27,357 nucleotides of DNA from Flavobacteriales bacterium (GTDB taxonomy: Bacteria; Bacteroidota; Bacteroidia; Palsa-965): the NCBI GenBank assembly GCA_040377305.1, contig JBEIPA010000044.1, positions 1 to 27,357 of the forward strand, written 5' to 3'. The notes beneath the pieces were generated by a model. That model was not told where the DNA came from and did no database searches. It saw only the letters and a list, made by a program, of their open reading frames with translations. Positions within the stretch are counted from its first letter, which is position 1; every line of letters begins with the position of its first letter. Positions 1 through 9,460 of this stretch are shown piece by piece. Both the position numbers and the translations under genes were made by a program.

Positions 1-55
1 AGTCATCCGAGCGAGCACCTAACAAGCCTCGGAAATCAAAATCCGCGTTCCAATT

Positions 56-1282
56 TTAAACGAAATCGAGCAGTTCAAATTTCTGCCCAAGTATGGTTTC
101 GTGATTGGCTCCCAACCAATTCTGCAACACCGTCGCATACACCTGCCTGAAATCGATCTTGTAGATCAAATCACCTTCTTCGAGGTTTTGTAAATCGGCA
201 GCTTCGGTGATTACGCCTTTCTTTTTCAATCCGCCACTGGCGAACATCACAACGTTTGCTGTTCCATGGTCAGTTCCTTGGGAACCGTTCTGTTTCACGC
301 GACGACCGAATTCGCTGAATGTCATCACAAGTGTGTCGTTCCATTTTCCTGCTGCCTGAAGATCTTTTGCCAAAGCTTCTATCGCCTGCGAATAAATTCC
401 AAGCAAACGATTCTGCTGATTGTTTTGTCCCGCATGCGTGTCGAAACCAGTAAGCGTGACATAAAAAATAGAAGTTTCACTTCCTGCGAGAATCAGATCA
501 GCCACATTCTTCATCTGCTTTCCGAATGCATGTTGCGGATAAATCTCTTTCGCACCACCGATTTTCGATTTCTCGATTAAGTACTGCGCACTCTGTGCTG
601 TTTCTGCCAGACACTGGTGCAGATAATCAACCAGTGCGTGATCGCTTTCGTGGTGCGTGTAGTCATTCGCAATCTGCATGAGCAACTTATCCTCCGTCAG
701 AATCTTCATCTTCTTCGGATTTCTGTTCGCGATTCCATTACGTGTTTCACCTTTCAGTGCAAGACTCATCGTGTCGTCAATCTCTACTGCCTGGTGCGGA
801 GGAGTTTGTTCGCCGAGCGAATCGAGGTAACGTCCAATCCATCCGGTGGTGAGATATTCATTCGGACCGCATCCACCATGCCAGATGTCCATGGAACGGA
901 AGTGCGAACGGTTCGGATCAGGATAACCCACACAGTTCAATGCCGCGAAATGTCCGTTGTTGTACAGATCGTGAATGCCTTTCATGTTTGGATTCAAACC
1001 ATGATAGTCATCGAACTTCAGAACTTCCGGAACCTTAATTCCAACAGTGGGACGATTACTGTGGTATAAATCGTTTCCATGCGGAATCACCATGTTGAGC
1101 CCGTCGTTACCACCGCTGAACTGAACTACAATCAAACGCTTTCCGTTCGTCTGGGACAGAAACAGATTGTTAATCTCGCTCTGCACACTGGTGTCGGCTC
1201 CGCGCAAAAACTTCGGCAACATTAAAGTCGCTGATGCAAGAGCACTGATGCGAAGGAAATCTTTTCTTGAGAAATTATTCAT
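56..1282 (-). CDS. DUF1501 domain-containing protein, probable Tat substrate
   Basis: N-terminal SRKDFLR twin-arginine-like signal. Motifs GGNDGLN, PNRSHFRS, GFDTH, TFSEFGRR and GTDHG are typical of DUF1501. Lies directly downstream of a DUF1800 gene. Confidence 0.92.
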   Translation of the reverse strand: MNNFSRKDFLRISALASATLMLPKFLRGADTSVQSEINNLFLSQTNGKRLIVVQFSGGNDGLNMVIPHGNDLYHSNRPTVGIKVPEVLKFDDYHGLNPNMKGIHDLYNNGHFAALNCVGYPDPNRSHFRSMDIWHGGCGPNEYLTTGWIGRYLDSLGEQTPPHQAVEIDDTMSLALKGETRNGIANRNPKKMKILTEDKLLMQIANDYTHHESDHALVDYLHQCLAETAQSAQYLIEKSKIGGAKEIYPQHAFGKQMKNVADLILAGSETSIFYVTLTGFDTHAGQNNQQNRLLGIYSQAIEALAKDLQAAGKWNDTLVMTFSEFGRRVKQNGSQGTDHGTANVVMFASGGLKKKGVITEAADLQNLEEGDLIYKIDFRQVYATVLQNWLGANHETILGQKFELLDFV

Positions 1283-1297
1283 AACGGTATTTTTTTA

Positions 1298-1329
1298 TTG
1301 TCACACTGAGCGTAGTCGAAGGATGACAA
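1298..1329. repeat. REP-like short palindromic remnant (TTGTCA-CACTGAGCGTAGTCGAAGGA-TGACAA)
   Basis: 6-bp inverted ends around CTGAGCGTAGTCGAAG. From memory this resembles a common Bacteroidota intergenic repeat (GTCACCCTGAGCGAAGTCGAAG-type). Single copy in this window. Confidence 0.5.
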
Positions 1330-1336
1330 AATGTTA

Positions 1337-2731
1337 TCAGATAATTTGAAACTCCGGAAACTGCATTATAGTTGCCAACGTGGTAATGATGCGACGATCC
1401 TTATTCGATTTATCAACGAGCTTTTCGAGCTCCGCGTTGTCGAGGTGTTCGGTTGTCGTAACCAATAAATAGTCCAGACATGCTTGCGTGAGCTGATCGT
1501 CGGGTGTATTCTTGAAATGCTTCACCATTTCATTCCAGTCCGACTTTATCTTCACAATTTCATCCGGACCTTTCTTGTTGTCCATTTCCTCCTCCTCAAA
1601 AGCAGGTTTGCGTTTGATCTTCACCGTTCCCGAATCGAGAATTGCTTTCGGCATGTGCAGTCGAAGCGTAATGGAATTTCCGTCAATCCAACTCTTTCCT
1701 CCCTTCCACCCGGCCACGTTTGGTGGAGAGAAAAGCGTTTGCCCGAGCACTTTCTGAAACGCGAGCATTTGTTCGTCTTCCACTTCCACCTGACAAATGC
1801 GTTTCATTTTCACGATCAGTTCAACCGGAGAAATCACAATCGTTCCGATGTTCTCCTTCGCGTAAAACCATTCCGCATTGAAAACGGTTTTCATGAGATC
1901 AGCAATATCGAAATCACTCTTGAAGAACCGCGACGCCATTTCCTGGACGTGATCTTCATTCACAATGTTGTTTACGAACGTGCGGTAAATTTTTCTCGAC
2001 ACATAAACCGCAGTTTCCCGCTTCTGAAGCAACATGTCGACTACATCGTTTCCATTGTAGTTGCCGGTTCTTCCGAAAATGGTTTTGTATCCGTTGTCGT
2101 GCTGTTTCGGGTTGAATTCGTATTCACCTTTCTGATTCACAGTCCAGCCGGTAAACGCTTTCGCTGCTTCTTTGATATCGTCTTCGGTGTACCCGTTTCC
2201 TTCTCCGAGCGTAAAGAGTTCCATCACCTCTCGCGCGAAGTTTTCATTCGGCGCATTTTTCTTATTCTGCTGATTGTTCAGCCAGAGAATCATCGCAGGA
2301 TCTTTCGAAATATCATGCAGCATATCGCGGAAACTTCCGAGCGCATGTTTACGCAACGTGTTGTGCTGCATCTGCATGAGGTACGCGAAATTTGTTCCGG
2401 TCGCGAAGTGATTGTGCCAGAACAACGTCATCTTCTCACGTAAAGTGGCTTGTGCAACCGACATGCGATCCACCCACGCAAGATTCAACTCATCTTTTTG
2501 CTTCTGGGATTTAATAAACTGTCCAGCCACTTTGAATGGCCCTACTTTGCCATTGTCTTTCGTTTTCGGTTTCGCCAGGTACAACAAATCGGTAACGGTT
2601 GCCGAATCTTTGAAAAGTTCGTCGACCACCACGGCCAGTTCTTTTCCCTGGAAACGTTTCAGCGTGTCGGGTGTTGGCCCGAAAGCGGCACGATTCAGCA
2701 AATGATGCAGTTTTAACTCAGCGTCGGTCAT
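1337..2731 (-). CDS. DUF1800 domain-containing protein
   Basis: Motifs HLLNRAAFG, LREKMTLFWHNHF, PAMILWLN, PNENFAREVMELFTLG, AFTGW and PPNVAGW. Canonical neighbour of DUF1501. Confidence 0.93.
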   Translation of the reverse strand: MTDAELKLHHLLNRAAFGPTPDTLKRFQGKELAVVVDELFKDSATVTDLLYLAKPKTKDNGKVGPFKVAGQFIKSQKQKDELNLAWVDRMSVAQATLREKMTLFWHNHFATGTNFAYLMQMQHNTLRKHALGSFRDMLHDISKDPAMILWLNNQQNKKNAPNENFAREVMELFTLGEGNGYTEDDIKEAAKAFTGWTVNQKGEYEFNPKQHDNGYKTIFGRTGNYNGNDVVDMLLQKRETAVYVSRKIYRTFVNNIVNEDHVQEMASRFFKSDFDIADLMKTVFNAEWFYAKENIGTIVISPVELIVKMKRICQVEVEDEQMLAFQKVLGQTLFSPPNVAGWKGGKSWIDGNSITLRLHMPKAILDSGTVKIKRKPAFEEEEMDNKKGPDEIVKIKSDWNEMVKHFKNTPDDQLTQACLDYLLVTTTEHLDNAELEKLVDKSNKDRRIITTLATIMQFPEFQII

Positions 2732-2794
2732 ATAGCAAGATGTTTCGGTAGTGGTCAGACTGCAATTAAGATACCAGATAAATTTTCAATAGCC

Positions 2795-2821
2795 TGTAAC
2801 ATTCAACGTTTTGTCAGCGTC
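2795..2821 (+). promoter_or_regulatory. candidate ECF-sigma promoter (TGTAAC-N17-CGTC)
   Basis: TGTAAC at 2795-2800, a 17-nt spacer and CGTC at 2818-2821 in the divergent intergenic region. Fits the generic ECF AAC/CGT consensus. Confidence 0.35.
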
Positions 2822-2982
2822 TTTAGCGTCCACTACTACTTTTTATGGTACTTATTTAGACTCTGCAAACGTGCAAAAGTTTATTGTACGTTCGCTCTTA
2901 ACAATCCCCGTTTAATAAATCAACCATTTCTCTTCATTTCCACGTCCCGCTTCACGGTAACTTTCGAAGTCTATACAAATCC

Positions 2983-5718
2983 GTGACCAAAAGGCTGAAA
3001 ATTGTTCTGATTACTCTAAGCATCGTGGTGCTGGGTGGAGGACTTTTCGCTTATTTCTATCTGCGCAGCCTTAAGCAACCTGCCAGTGAAGCACTTAAAG
3101 CTGTTCCTGCCGGAGCGTTTTGTGTGGTTTCGACAACCGATGTGCGCAATTCCTGGGAGCAACTCAACCAGGGAAACCTGATTTGGGCCGCGTTAACTGA
3201 AACGGATTGGGCGGCGAATGTTTCTGCGACTGCTTCGCTCGTGGACTCTCTTCTCGCGGCAAGTTCAGAAATGGACGAAGTAATTGCCGACAACACCTGC
3301 TACATTTCTCTTCATTGCACAGGAACCGACGGATTCAACTATGTGTTTTCTGTTTCTCTTCCCGGCATAGCTTACGAAGACAAGGCGATTGAGTTCGTGA
3401 AGCAAAGTGCGGGCGGTTACACGTTTTCGGAACAAGCAATGACCAATGGAACCATTCTCACCGCGAAATCGGGAGAGAAAAAATTCTTCGCGTCGGTTTC
3501 ACAAGGTGTGCTCCAGTTCAGCGATAATGAAGATCTGCTCAAAACCGCAATCGAACAACTTTCTGCGAAAAGCAAAACATTGCTCGAAGATGTTTCTTTC
3601 ATGGCGGTCCATAAAACTGCCGGAGAAAAAGTAGCAGCGAATATCTATGTGAACTATTCACGACTACTTGTTTTGCTCAAGCGTGTCTCTGATAAATCAT
3701 TTCACGATGAACTGGACGCGTTCAATTCATTTGCCGGTTGGACAGAAACCGATCTGACTCTGAAACCGAATGCAGCATTGCTGAACGGATATACACACGC
3801 GACAGATTCCATGGCGGCGTACCTGAATGTTTTCCGCGGACAACAGCCACAACCACTCGAAGCAGATGCAGTTTTGCCGAACGGAACTGTTTGTTATCTC
3901 GATTTCTGCATCAGCAACTTCGACACGTATCTCACCAACTACGATTCGTATCTCGCGAAACTAGGCTTGGCTGATGAACGTCGCGATCGCCTTGCACAGC
4001 TACAATCGAATTACGGATACAAACCGGAAGAACATATTGGCAGCTGGATCGGAAATGAAATTGTGAAAGCAGAGGTGAATATTCCGGGAGAAGGTATTCA
4101 GCCCGTTGCCATTCTAAGTACGGTTAGTACGGCAAAAGCACGTGAGAAATTAGAGTCGCTTCGCCCGAAACGCGACACCGGTTCTGTTCAGCCTGAATTT
4201 GATTCGACCGGAGTTATCGTTCGTTCTGTTCCTGTGCCGGAGATGTTGTCGGTAACGTTTGGTGAAATGTTCGGTGAGTTCCGTGAATCGTATTACGCCA
4301 TCACCAGTCATTTCGTGATTTTCGCCGAGAATGCAAACGTGTTGAAAGCATTCGTTACTTCTGCAGAATATGGTCGCACGCTGAAAAAAGATCGAAACTA
4401 CCTCGACTTCGTAACCAACATGGCAACTGAAGCAAGTGTGACCATTTTTGTTGCGGTTCCGAAAGTTCAACCATTGATTGAAGAACGTTCGGAGACCGGT
4501 TTCAAAGCCGATGTTACTCATCAGGCTGATCTACTCAAGCGTTTCGACGGAATTGTATTGCAGTACAACATTGATGACGGCGGACTACATTACACGAATG
4601 CATTTCTACGACACAATCCGCAAAGCAAAAAGAGCGATGCTTCTCTCTGGGAATTGCAACTTGATTCTACTTTCAGCGGTCGCCCGTGGCTGATCACGAA
4701 TCACAACACAAAAGGGCTGGACATTTTTGTGCAGGATGATGCGAACAAGATTTACCTCATTAGCAGTACAGGAACGATATTCTGGCGAAAACAACTGAGT
4801 CAAACCATCATGAGTGATGTTCAGCAGATTGATGTACTCAAGAACGGCAAACTACAGATCGTTTTCAATACGCGCGATTCCTTGTATTGCCTCGACCGAA
4901 ACGGAAATCCAGTTGACAATTTCCCAATCAGACTTCCGGCAAAAGCGACCAATGGTGTACGCGTGATGGATTACGATGGTAATCGCGAATACAGAATGCT
5001 GATTGCACTCGACGACAAGAAAATCTACAACTACACCACGAAAGGAACTGTTGTTTCCGGCTGGAAATACCCGACTACAACGAGTACAGTTTCCGCAACG
5101 ATTCAGCACACTGTTGTAAGTACAAAAGATTACGTGGTGATTGTTGACCGCGAAGGAAAAACATACATTGTCGATCGTCAGGGTGCAACACGTCTAACGC
5201 TGAAAGAGCAACTCGGTCGACCTGTGAATACGTTCTTTCTGGAATCGGGAAAAGATTTAGCCCGCACCCGAATTGTTGCAGCTGATTCGCTGGGAAATAT
5301 TTATCGCCTGACATTAACCGACGATCTGGAACGATTGCATTTTTCTGATTTCTCATCGCCACCGTTCTTCGATTACCGCGATCTGAACGGAGACGGAAAC
5401 TTCGAATACATTTTCCTGAGCGAAGACAAACTCGCGGTGTACAATCAGGATAAACTCAATGCATTCTCATTCGGATTTGAGTCCCCTGCAATTTGTTGCG
5501 CAAACCTTTTCCGTTTTGGCGACAACGATATAAGAATCGGCGTTACGTGTCCGCAGGCCAGTGAATTGCATCTCATCAATCGTGGCGGCGCCGACAGTGA
5601 GGGATTCCCAATGCCAGGGCAAACTCAATTCGCAATAGGTCAGTTGAATGGTGAAAATGGGTATACCCTGATTTCCGGAATTAATGGTAAATACCTGACA
5701 GCGTACTCTTTACAATAG
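2983..5718 (+). CDS. large membrane-anchored protein, DUF3352-like N-terminus with a C-terminal beta-propeller-like region
   Basis: 911-aa ORF with a GTG start and an N-terminal TM anchor. The C-terminal region has repeated DxxxNG/DYDGN/DLNGDG motifs and GWKY/GFP turns typical of this conserved Bacteroidota family. Confidence 0.75.
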   Translation: MTKRLKIVLITLSIVVLGGGLFAYFYLRSLKQPASEALKAVPAGAFCVVSTTDVRNSWEQLNQGNLIWAALTETDWAANVSATASLVDSLLAASSEMDEVIADNTCYISLHCTGTDGFNYVFSVSLPGIAYEDKAIEFVKQSAGGYTFSEQAMTNGTILTAKSGEKKFFASVSQGVLQFSDNEDLLKTAIEQLSAKSKTLLEDVSFMAVHKTAGEKVAANIYVNYSRLLVLLKRVSDKSFHDELDAFNSFAGWTETDLTLKPNAALLNGYTHATDSMAAYLNVFRGQQPQPLEADAVLPNGTVCYLDFCISNFDTYLTNYDSYLAKLGLADERRDRLAQLQSNYGYKPEEHIGSWIGNEIVKAEVNIPGEGIQPVAILSTVSTAKAREKLESLRPKRDTGSVQPEFDSTGVIVRSVPVPEMLSVTFGEMFGEFRESYYAITSHFVIFAENANVLKAFVTSAEYGRTLKKDRNYLDFVTNMATEASVTIFVAVPKVQPLIEERSETGFKADVTHQADLLKRFDGIVLQYNIDDGGLHYTNAFLRHNPQSKKSDASLWELQLDSTFSGRPWLITNHNTKGLDIFVQDDANKIYLISSTGTIFWRKQLSQTIMSDVQQIDVLKNGKLQIVFNTRDSLYCLDRNGNPVDNFPIRLPAKATNGVRVMDYDGNREYRMLIALDDKKIYNYTTKGTVVSGWKYPTTTSTVSATIQHTVVSTKDYVVIVDREGKTYIVDRQGATRLTLKEQLGRPVNTFFLESGKDLARTRIVAADSLGNIYRLTLTDDLERLHFSDFSSPPFFDYRDLNGDGNFEYIFLSEDKLAVYNQDKLNAFSFGFESPAICCANLFRFGDNDIRIGVTCPQASELHLINRGGADSEGFPMPGQTQFAIGQLNGENGYTLISGINGKYLTAYSLQ

Positions 5719-5723
5719 ACCGC

Positions 5724-5758
5724 AAAACCTTGAAGGTTTTAAAAACCTTCAAGGTTTT
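5724..5758. repeat. perfect 35-bp palindrome, REP-like or bidirectional terminator
   Basis: AAAACCTTGAAGGTTTT-A-AAAACCTTCAAGGTTTT. The 17-bp arms are exact reverse complements and each arm is itself a palindrome. Starts 6 bp after a stop codon. Confidence 0.85.
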
Positions 5759-5809
5759 ACACGGGCGGAAACTGATTTTTCTATCTTTAGTCCTCCTTAA
5801 CCACACCTT

Positions 5810-8380
5810 ATGAAAAGAGTTTTCACCCTGCTAGCCGGTCTGCTTTCGTTTACCGGAATAATGCAAGCGCAAAACATGCTCGGTTTCCAGAATACCAACT
5901 ACGCTGGTGTTTACGGAATTGACTGGAACCCGTCTTCTATTGTTGACAGTCGCTTCAAGATGGACGTTAACCTGATCGCATTCGATATTGGTTTCACGAA
6001 CAGCTATGTGGGCATGAAGCATAGCGCATTCGCTGGCATGTCTGCATACGGTGCATGGCGCGCCGATGCAAAAGACTCCAATTCAACAGCATTCGACGCG
6101 TTTAACGACGATCAGTTTCAAAGCGTACACATGCAGAAATCTACTGGTGTAGATAATCACTCTGTATTTGTTGGGATGCGCACCGTTCTTCCACTTTCAT
6201 TTATGTGGACGCACGATGATAAGAACGCATTTTCAATGACCGGCGAATTCCGCATGATCACAAACATTGACGGAATTAGTCAGCCGCTCGCTGATTTCCT
6301 TTACGATGACTTCGGTGATTCAACCATGTGGGATCAGAGTTTCTCGAATGCCAATGCAAGTATCCAAATGATGACGTGGCACGAAATCGGGTTCGGTTAT
6401 GCGCGCGTTTTACAAGACGATGGAAGCAACTTCTGGAAGATTGGTGTACGTCCTAAACTTGAACTCGGTTTGGGTTCAATGTATTTCTATGCTGAAGAAC
6501 TCACCTACGAAACAGAGAACAAAGATTCAATTACGATCTATGGTTCGAATGTTCAGTACGGTCACAGCACAAACTTCGACTTCCCGAACGGACAAGGCGA
6601 TCAGGGCGCACTTCGTTATAACTATTCAGAAGCGTTTGCACATCCCGGACTTGGTCTCGACGTAGGTGTTACTTACGAATGGCGTCCGAAGTATCAGGAT
6701 TTCAAATATGATATGGATGGAGAAACGAATCTGTGGATGAAGTCTAAAAACAAATATGAGCTTCGTGCGGCATTCTCAGTTACCGACATTGGTTGGATTA
6801 AGTTCAGTCGTGCAGCAGGTAGCGGTGACTTCAGCGGAGGAATCCAGGACTGGAACTTCCGTGATATTGAATTACAGGATGCAGACTCAAGTACAGTAGA
6901 TTATCCGATTCAGGCGCTTGATGATACGCTACGTAAGTTGTTTGTGTTCCGCGATACAAAAGAAGTATATCGCGTGAATCTTCCAACTGCATTCCGTGCT
7001 GATATTGATTATCACATCTGGAATGATTTCTACATCAACCTTCAGGCGGTGGGTGCAGTACAGTGGAAGAAGAATGCAAACAAAGTACACGACATGTCTT
7101 ACATCGCAGTAACTCCACGTTACGATTACAAGTGGGCTGGTGTGATGGTGCCAATGTCATACAATCAGTACAAACGATTTCAGGTGGGAACAGCAGTTCG
7201 CCTCGGACCAATTTTCGTTGGTACTTCAGACATGGGTGCAATGTTCGGCAAGAAGAAAGATATTACCGGCATGAACTTCTACTTCGGTGTGAAAGTTCCA
7301 TTGCACTTCAAAGAACCAAAAGATCGTGATAAGGATAAAGTGTCCGATAAGAAAGATAAGTGTATCGACACTCCGGGAGTTTGGGAATTCCTCGGTTGTC
7401 CTGACCGCGATGGTGACCATATCCAGGATTCTGAAGACTTGTGTCCGGATGAGCCAGGTGTGAAACAACACAATGGTTGTCCTGATCGTGATGGTGATAA
7501 TATCATTGACAAACAAGATGCGTGTCCGGATGATCCAGGCTTGCAGGAGTTCAATGGTTGTCCTGATAAAGACGGAGACAAAGTGATCGATAAAGAAGAT
7601 GACTGTCCGGATGAGCCAGGTGTGAAAGACTTCAAAGGTTGTCCGGATAAAGACGGCGACGGTGTAATGGATAAACTTGATATCTGTCCTGAGAAACCAG
7701 GTCCGGTTGAGAACGAAGGTTGTCCTGAAGTTATTCTGAGCCTTGTTGATCTTGCTGGTCAATCACTCAAGCAAACGAAGCAAGCGAAAGACGGAAGCTT
7801 CACGTACGAGTCGTTGCCTGCAGATTCAGTTTGCGTGTTCCGCCTCGATGGAGATCCTGACAAAACAATTGGCGTGAATGAAGTGAAAATTATCGTGAAC
7901 GGATTGCCTAAGCGTGCATTGCGCAGCCAGTCTGACGGATTATTCCGCTTCGATATTCCTAAACCAGTTGGAAACGGATTGATTAAACAGCCGGAAGTCG
8001 CACCTGTACTTACGAAGCAGGAAGCAGAAATCCTGAAGCGCGCATTCGACAACCTTGAGTTCGAATCAGGAAAAGCAATCATCAAGCAGGTGTCTTACGC
8101 ATCACTTGATACGCTTGCTGACCTGATGAAGAAGAAGCCTGAGTGGAACCTGAAGATCTCTGGTCACACAGATAACGTTGGTAAGCCGGCTTCGAACATG
8201 AAGCTCTCTGAGAATCGTGCGAAAGCGGTGAAAGCTTACCTCGTATCAAAAGGCATCGATGAAAAACGCCTCATCACGGAATGGTTTGGTCAGACTCGTC
8301 CGATCCAGCCGAACTCAACGCCGGAAGGACGTCAGAAAAACCGCCGCGTAGAAATGATGATTCTCGAAAAAGCGAAGTAG
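5810..8380 (+). CDS. outer-membrane protein: DUF5723-like barrel, thrombospondin type-3 repeats and OmpA-like peptidoglycan-binding domain
   Basis: Signal peptide and beta-strand-rich N-terminal region. Repeated GCPDxDGDxVxDxxDxCP units at about 7320-7725. C-terminal ISGHTDNVG, NMKLSENRAKAV and GRQKNRRVE OmpA motifs. Confidence 0.92.
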   Translation: MKRVFTLLAGLLSFTGIMQAQNMLGFQNTNYAGVYGIDWNPSSIVDSRFKMDVNLIAFDIGFTNSYVGMKHSAFAGMSAYGAWRADAKDSNSTAFDAFNDDQFQSVHMQKSTGVDNHSVFVGMRTVLPLSFMWTHDDKNAFSMTGEFRMITNIDGISQPLADFLYDDFGDSTMWDQSFSNANASIQMMTWHEIGFGYARVLQDDGSNFWKIGVRPKLELGLGSMYFYAEELTYETENKDSITIYGSNVQYGHSTNFDFPNGQGDQGALRYNYSEAFAHPGLGLDVGVTYEWRPKYQDFKYDMDGETNLWMKSKNKYELRAAFSVTDIGWIKFSRAAGSGDFSGGIQDWNFRDIELQDADSSTVDYPIQALDDTLRKLFVFRDTKEVYRVNLPTAFRADIDYHIWNDFYINLQAVGAVQWKKNANKVHDMSYIAVTPRYDYKWAGVMVPMSYNQYKRFQVGTAVRLGPIFVGTSDMGAMFGKKKDITGMNFYFGVKVPLHFKEPKDRDKDKVSDKKDKCIDTPGVWEFLGCPDRDGDHIQDSEDLCPDEPGVKQHNGCPDRDGDNIIDKQDACPDDPGLQEFNGCPDKDGDKVIDKEDDCPDEPGVKDFKGCPDKDGDGVMDKLDICPEKPGPVENEGCPEVILSLVDLAGQSLKQTKQAKDGSFTYESLPADSVCVFRLDGDPDKTIGVNEVKIIVNGLPKRALRSQSDGLFRFDIPKPVGNGLIKQPEVAPVLTKQEAEILKRAFDNLEFESGKAIIKQVSYASLDTLADLMKKKPEWNLKISGHTDNVGKPASNMKLSENRAKAVKAYLVSKGIDEKRLITEWFGQTRPIQPNSTPEGRQKNRRVEMMILEKAK

Positions 8381-8400
8381 TAAAATTTGAATAAAAGTTC

Positions 8401-8441
8401 AATCGCCCGATTCTGGTAACAGAGTCGGGCGATTTTGTTTT
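8401..8441 (+). terminator. intrinsic terminator of the OmpA-family gene
   Basis: 15-bp stem AATCGCCCGATTCTG / CAGAGTCGGGCGATT with one G-U pair, a GTAA loop, and a following T-rich tract. Confidence 0.85.
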
Positions 8442-8449
8442 GCTGACCC

Positions 8450-8540
8450 TTGTGCGTTGAACATTGAACTTTGACACTTTACGCCTATGACCCGATGAAA
8501 GTAAAGTGTCAATGAACAACGCTCAAGTGGCAAGTAACAA
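8450..8540. repeat. heptamer-periodic imperfect inverted repeat
   Basis: Left arm TTGTGCG-TTGAACA-TTGAACT-TTGACAC. Right arm GTGTCAA-TGAACAA-CGCTCAA-GTGGCAA-GTAACAA. Perfect 12-bp core TTGACACTTTAC (8471-8482) / GTAAAGTGTCAA (8501-8512). Confidence 0.75.
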
Positions 8541-8570
8541 GTTAAAAGATATGCATGTATCTTTAGATAT

Positions 8571-9122
8571 ATGATCACCATCATCAACTTCGGCTCTACC
8601 AAAACACCACAGATACTTTCCGTGGTGCGCGAATTAGGTTTTGAAGCTGAAGAAAAAAACTGGAAAGAATTTTCTGCGGCTGATTACGCTAAGCAGGATA
8701 AAATTATTTTCAGCGGATCGCCGACTTATCTCACCGAAGTAGATCACACTCCTTACACTGAAAGATATTCCTGCATCAAAGAAGGAAAAGTTCCTGTGCT
8801 AGGAATTTGTTTCGGTCATCAGGTAATGGGAATTATTCACGGCGCGAAAATATTTCGTGGTGAGCCAATTCGCACGGATGTTACAATCACCGTTGTGAAA
8901 GAAGACAAGCTTTTCGAAGGACTCGCTCCAACAACCGTAATGCGACAAGATCACACAGAAGGAATTTCATTGCCTGCTGGTTTCATTCATCTCGCCTACT
9001 CGAAAGATTACGCGATTGAAGCCATGCGGCATCCGTATTTACCGTTGTGGGGAACGCAGTTTCATCCGGAGGTTTCGGGGGAGAATGGCAGGCGGCTGAT
9101 TCAGAATTTTCTGAAGCACTAG
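8571..9122 (+). CDS. class I glutamine amidotransferase (stand-alone, GMP-synthase GATase-like)
   Basis: INFGS start, IIFSGSP oxyanion strand, PVLGICFGHQ nucleophile elbow and QFHPE catalytic His-Glu. Confidence 0.92.
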   Translation: MITIINFGSTKTPQILSVVRELGFEAEEKNWKEFSAADYAKQDKIIFSGSPTYLTEVDHTPYTERYSCIKEGKVPVLGICFGHQVMGIIHGAKIFRGEPIRTDVTITVVKEDKLFEGLAPTTVMRQDHTEGISLPAGFIHLAYSKDYAIEAMRHPYLPLWGTQFHPEVSGENGRRLIQNFLKH

Positions 9123-9134
9123 TCCGTGTTTTGT

Positions 9135-9443
9135 TTCCGTGGGCGAAAGCCGTAATTCCTAAAGTTCCAGTCGATGTTATGTTCCGTGGGCTAAAGTCGA
9201 AGCTCCCGAAGCTCCAGTCCATATTATCTTCCGTGGGCTAAAGCTAAATTTCCCCGAAGCTCCAGTCCATATTATCTTCTGTGGGCTAAAGCTAAATTCC
9301 CCCGAAGCTCCAGTCCATATTATCTTCCGTGGGCTAAAGCTAAATTTCCTAAAGTCCCAGTCGATGTTATGTTCCGTGGGCTAAAGCTAAATTTCCCCGA
9401 AGCTCCAGTCCATATTATCTTCCGTGGGCTAAAGCCGCACGGA
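9135..9443. repeat. tandem array of six 47/48-bp units plus a terminal REP-like hairpin
   Basis: Units start at 9135, 9182, 9229, 9277, 9325 and 9372, with a partial unit at 9420. Each begins TTCCGTGGGCTAAAG or a 1-nt variant. The last reads TCCGTG-GGC-TAAA-GCC-G-CACGGA. Lies between convergent genes. Confidence 0.95.
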
Positions 9444-9460
9444 TTTGGACGATCTATTTA

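Noticed and set aside
1484-2443. Long antisense or alternate-frame ORFs (also 9713-10387, 11579-12319, 7226-7762, 17264-17833)
   Set aside because: They lie opposite well-supported genes and have no recognisable motifs, so they are shadow ORFs.
7320-7725. DNA repeat array inside the OmpA-family gene
   Set aside because: Explained by in-frame thrombospondin type-3 protein repeats with synonymous variation.
9047-9241. Short ORFs crossing repeats (9047-9241, 13611-13871, 23415-23597, 26099-26344)
   Set aside because: They overlap real genes and translate repeat sequence, with no support as coding.
9135-9443. CRISPR array
   Set aside because: The segments between the constant heads are near-identical (two related types) rather than unique spacers. 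The unit is only 47-48 bp and no cas genes are in the window.
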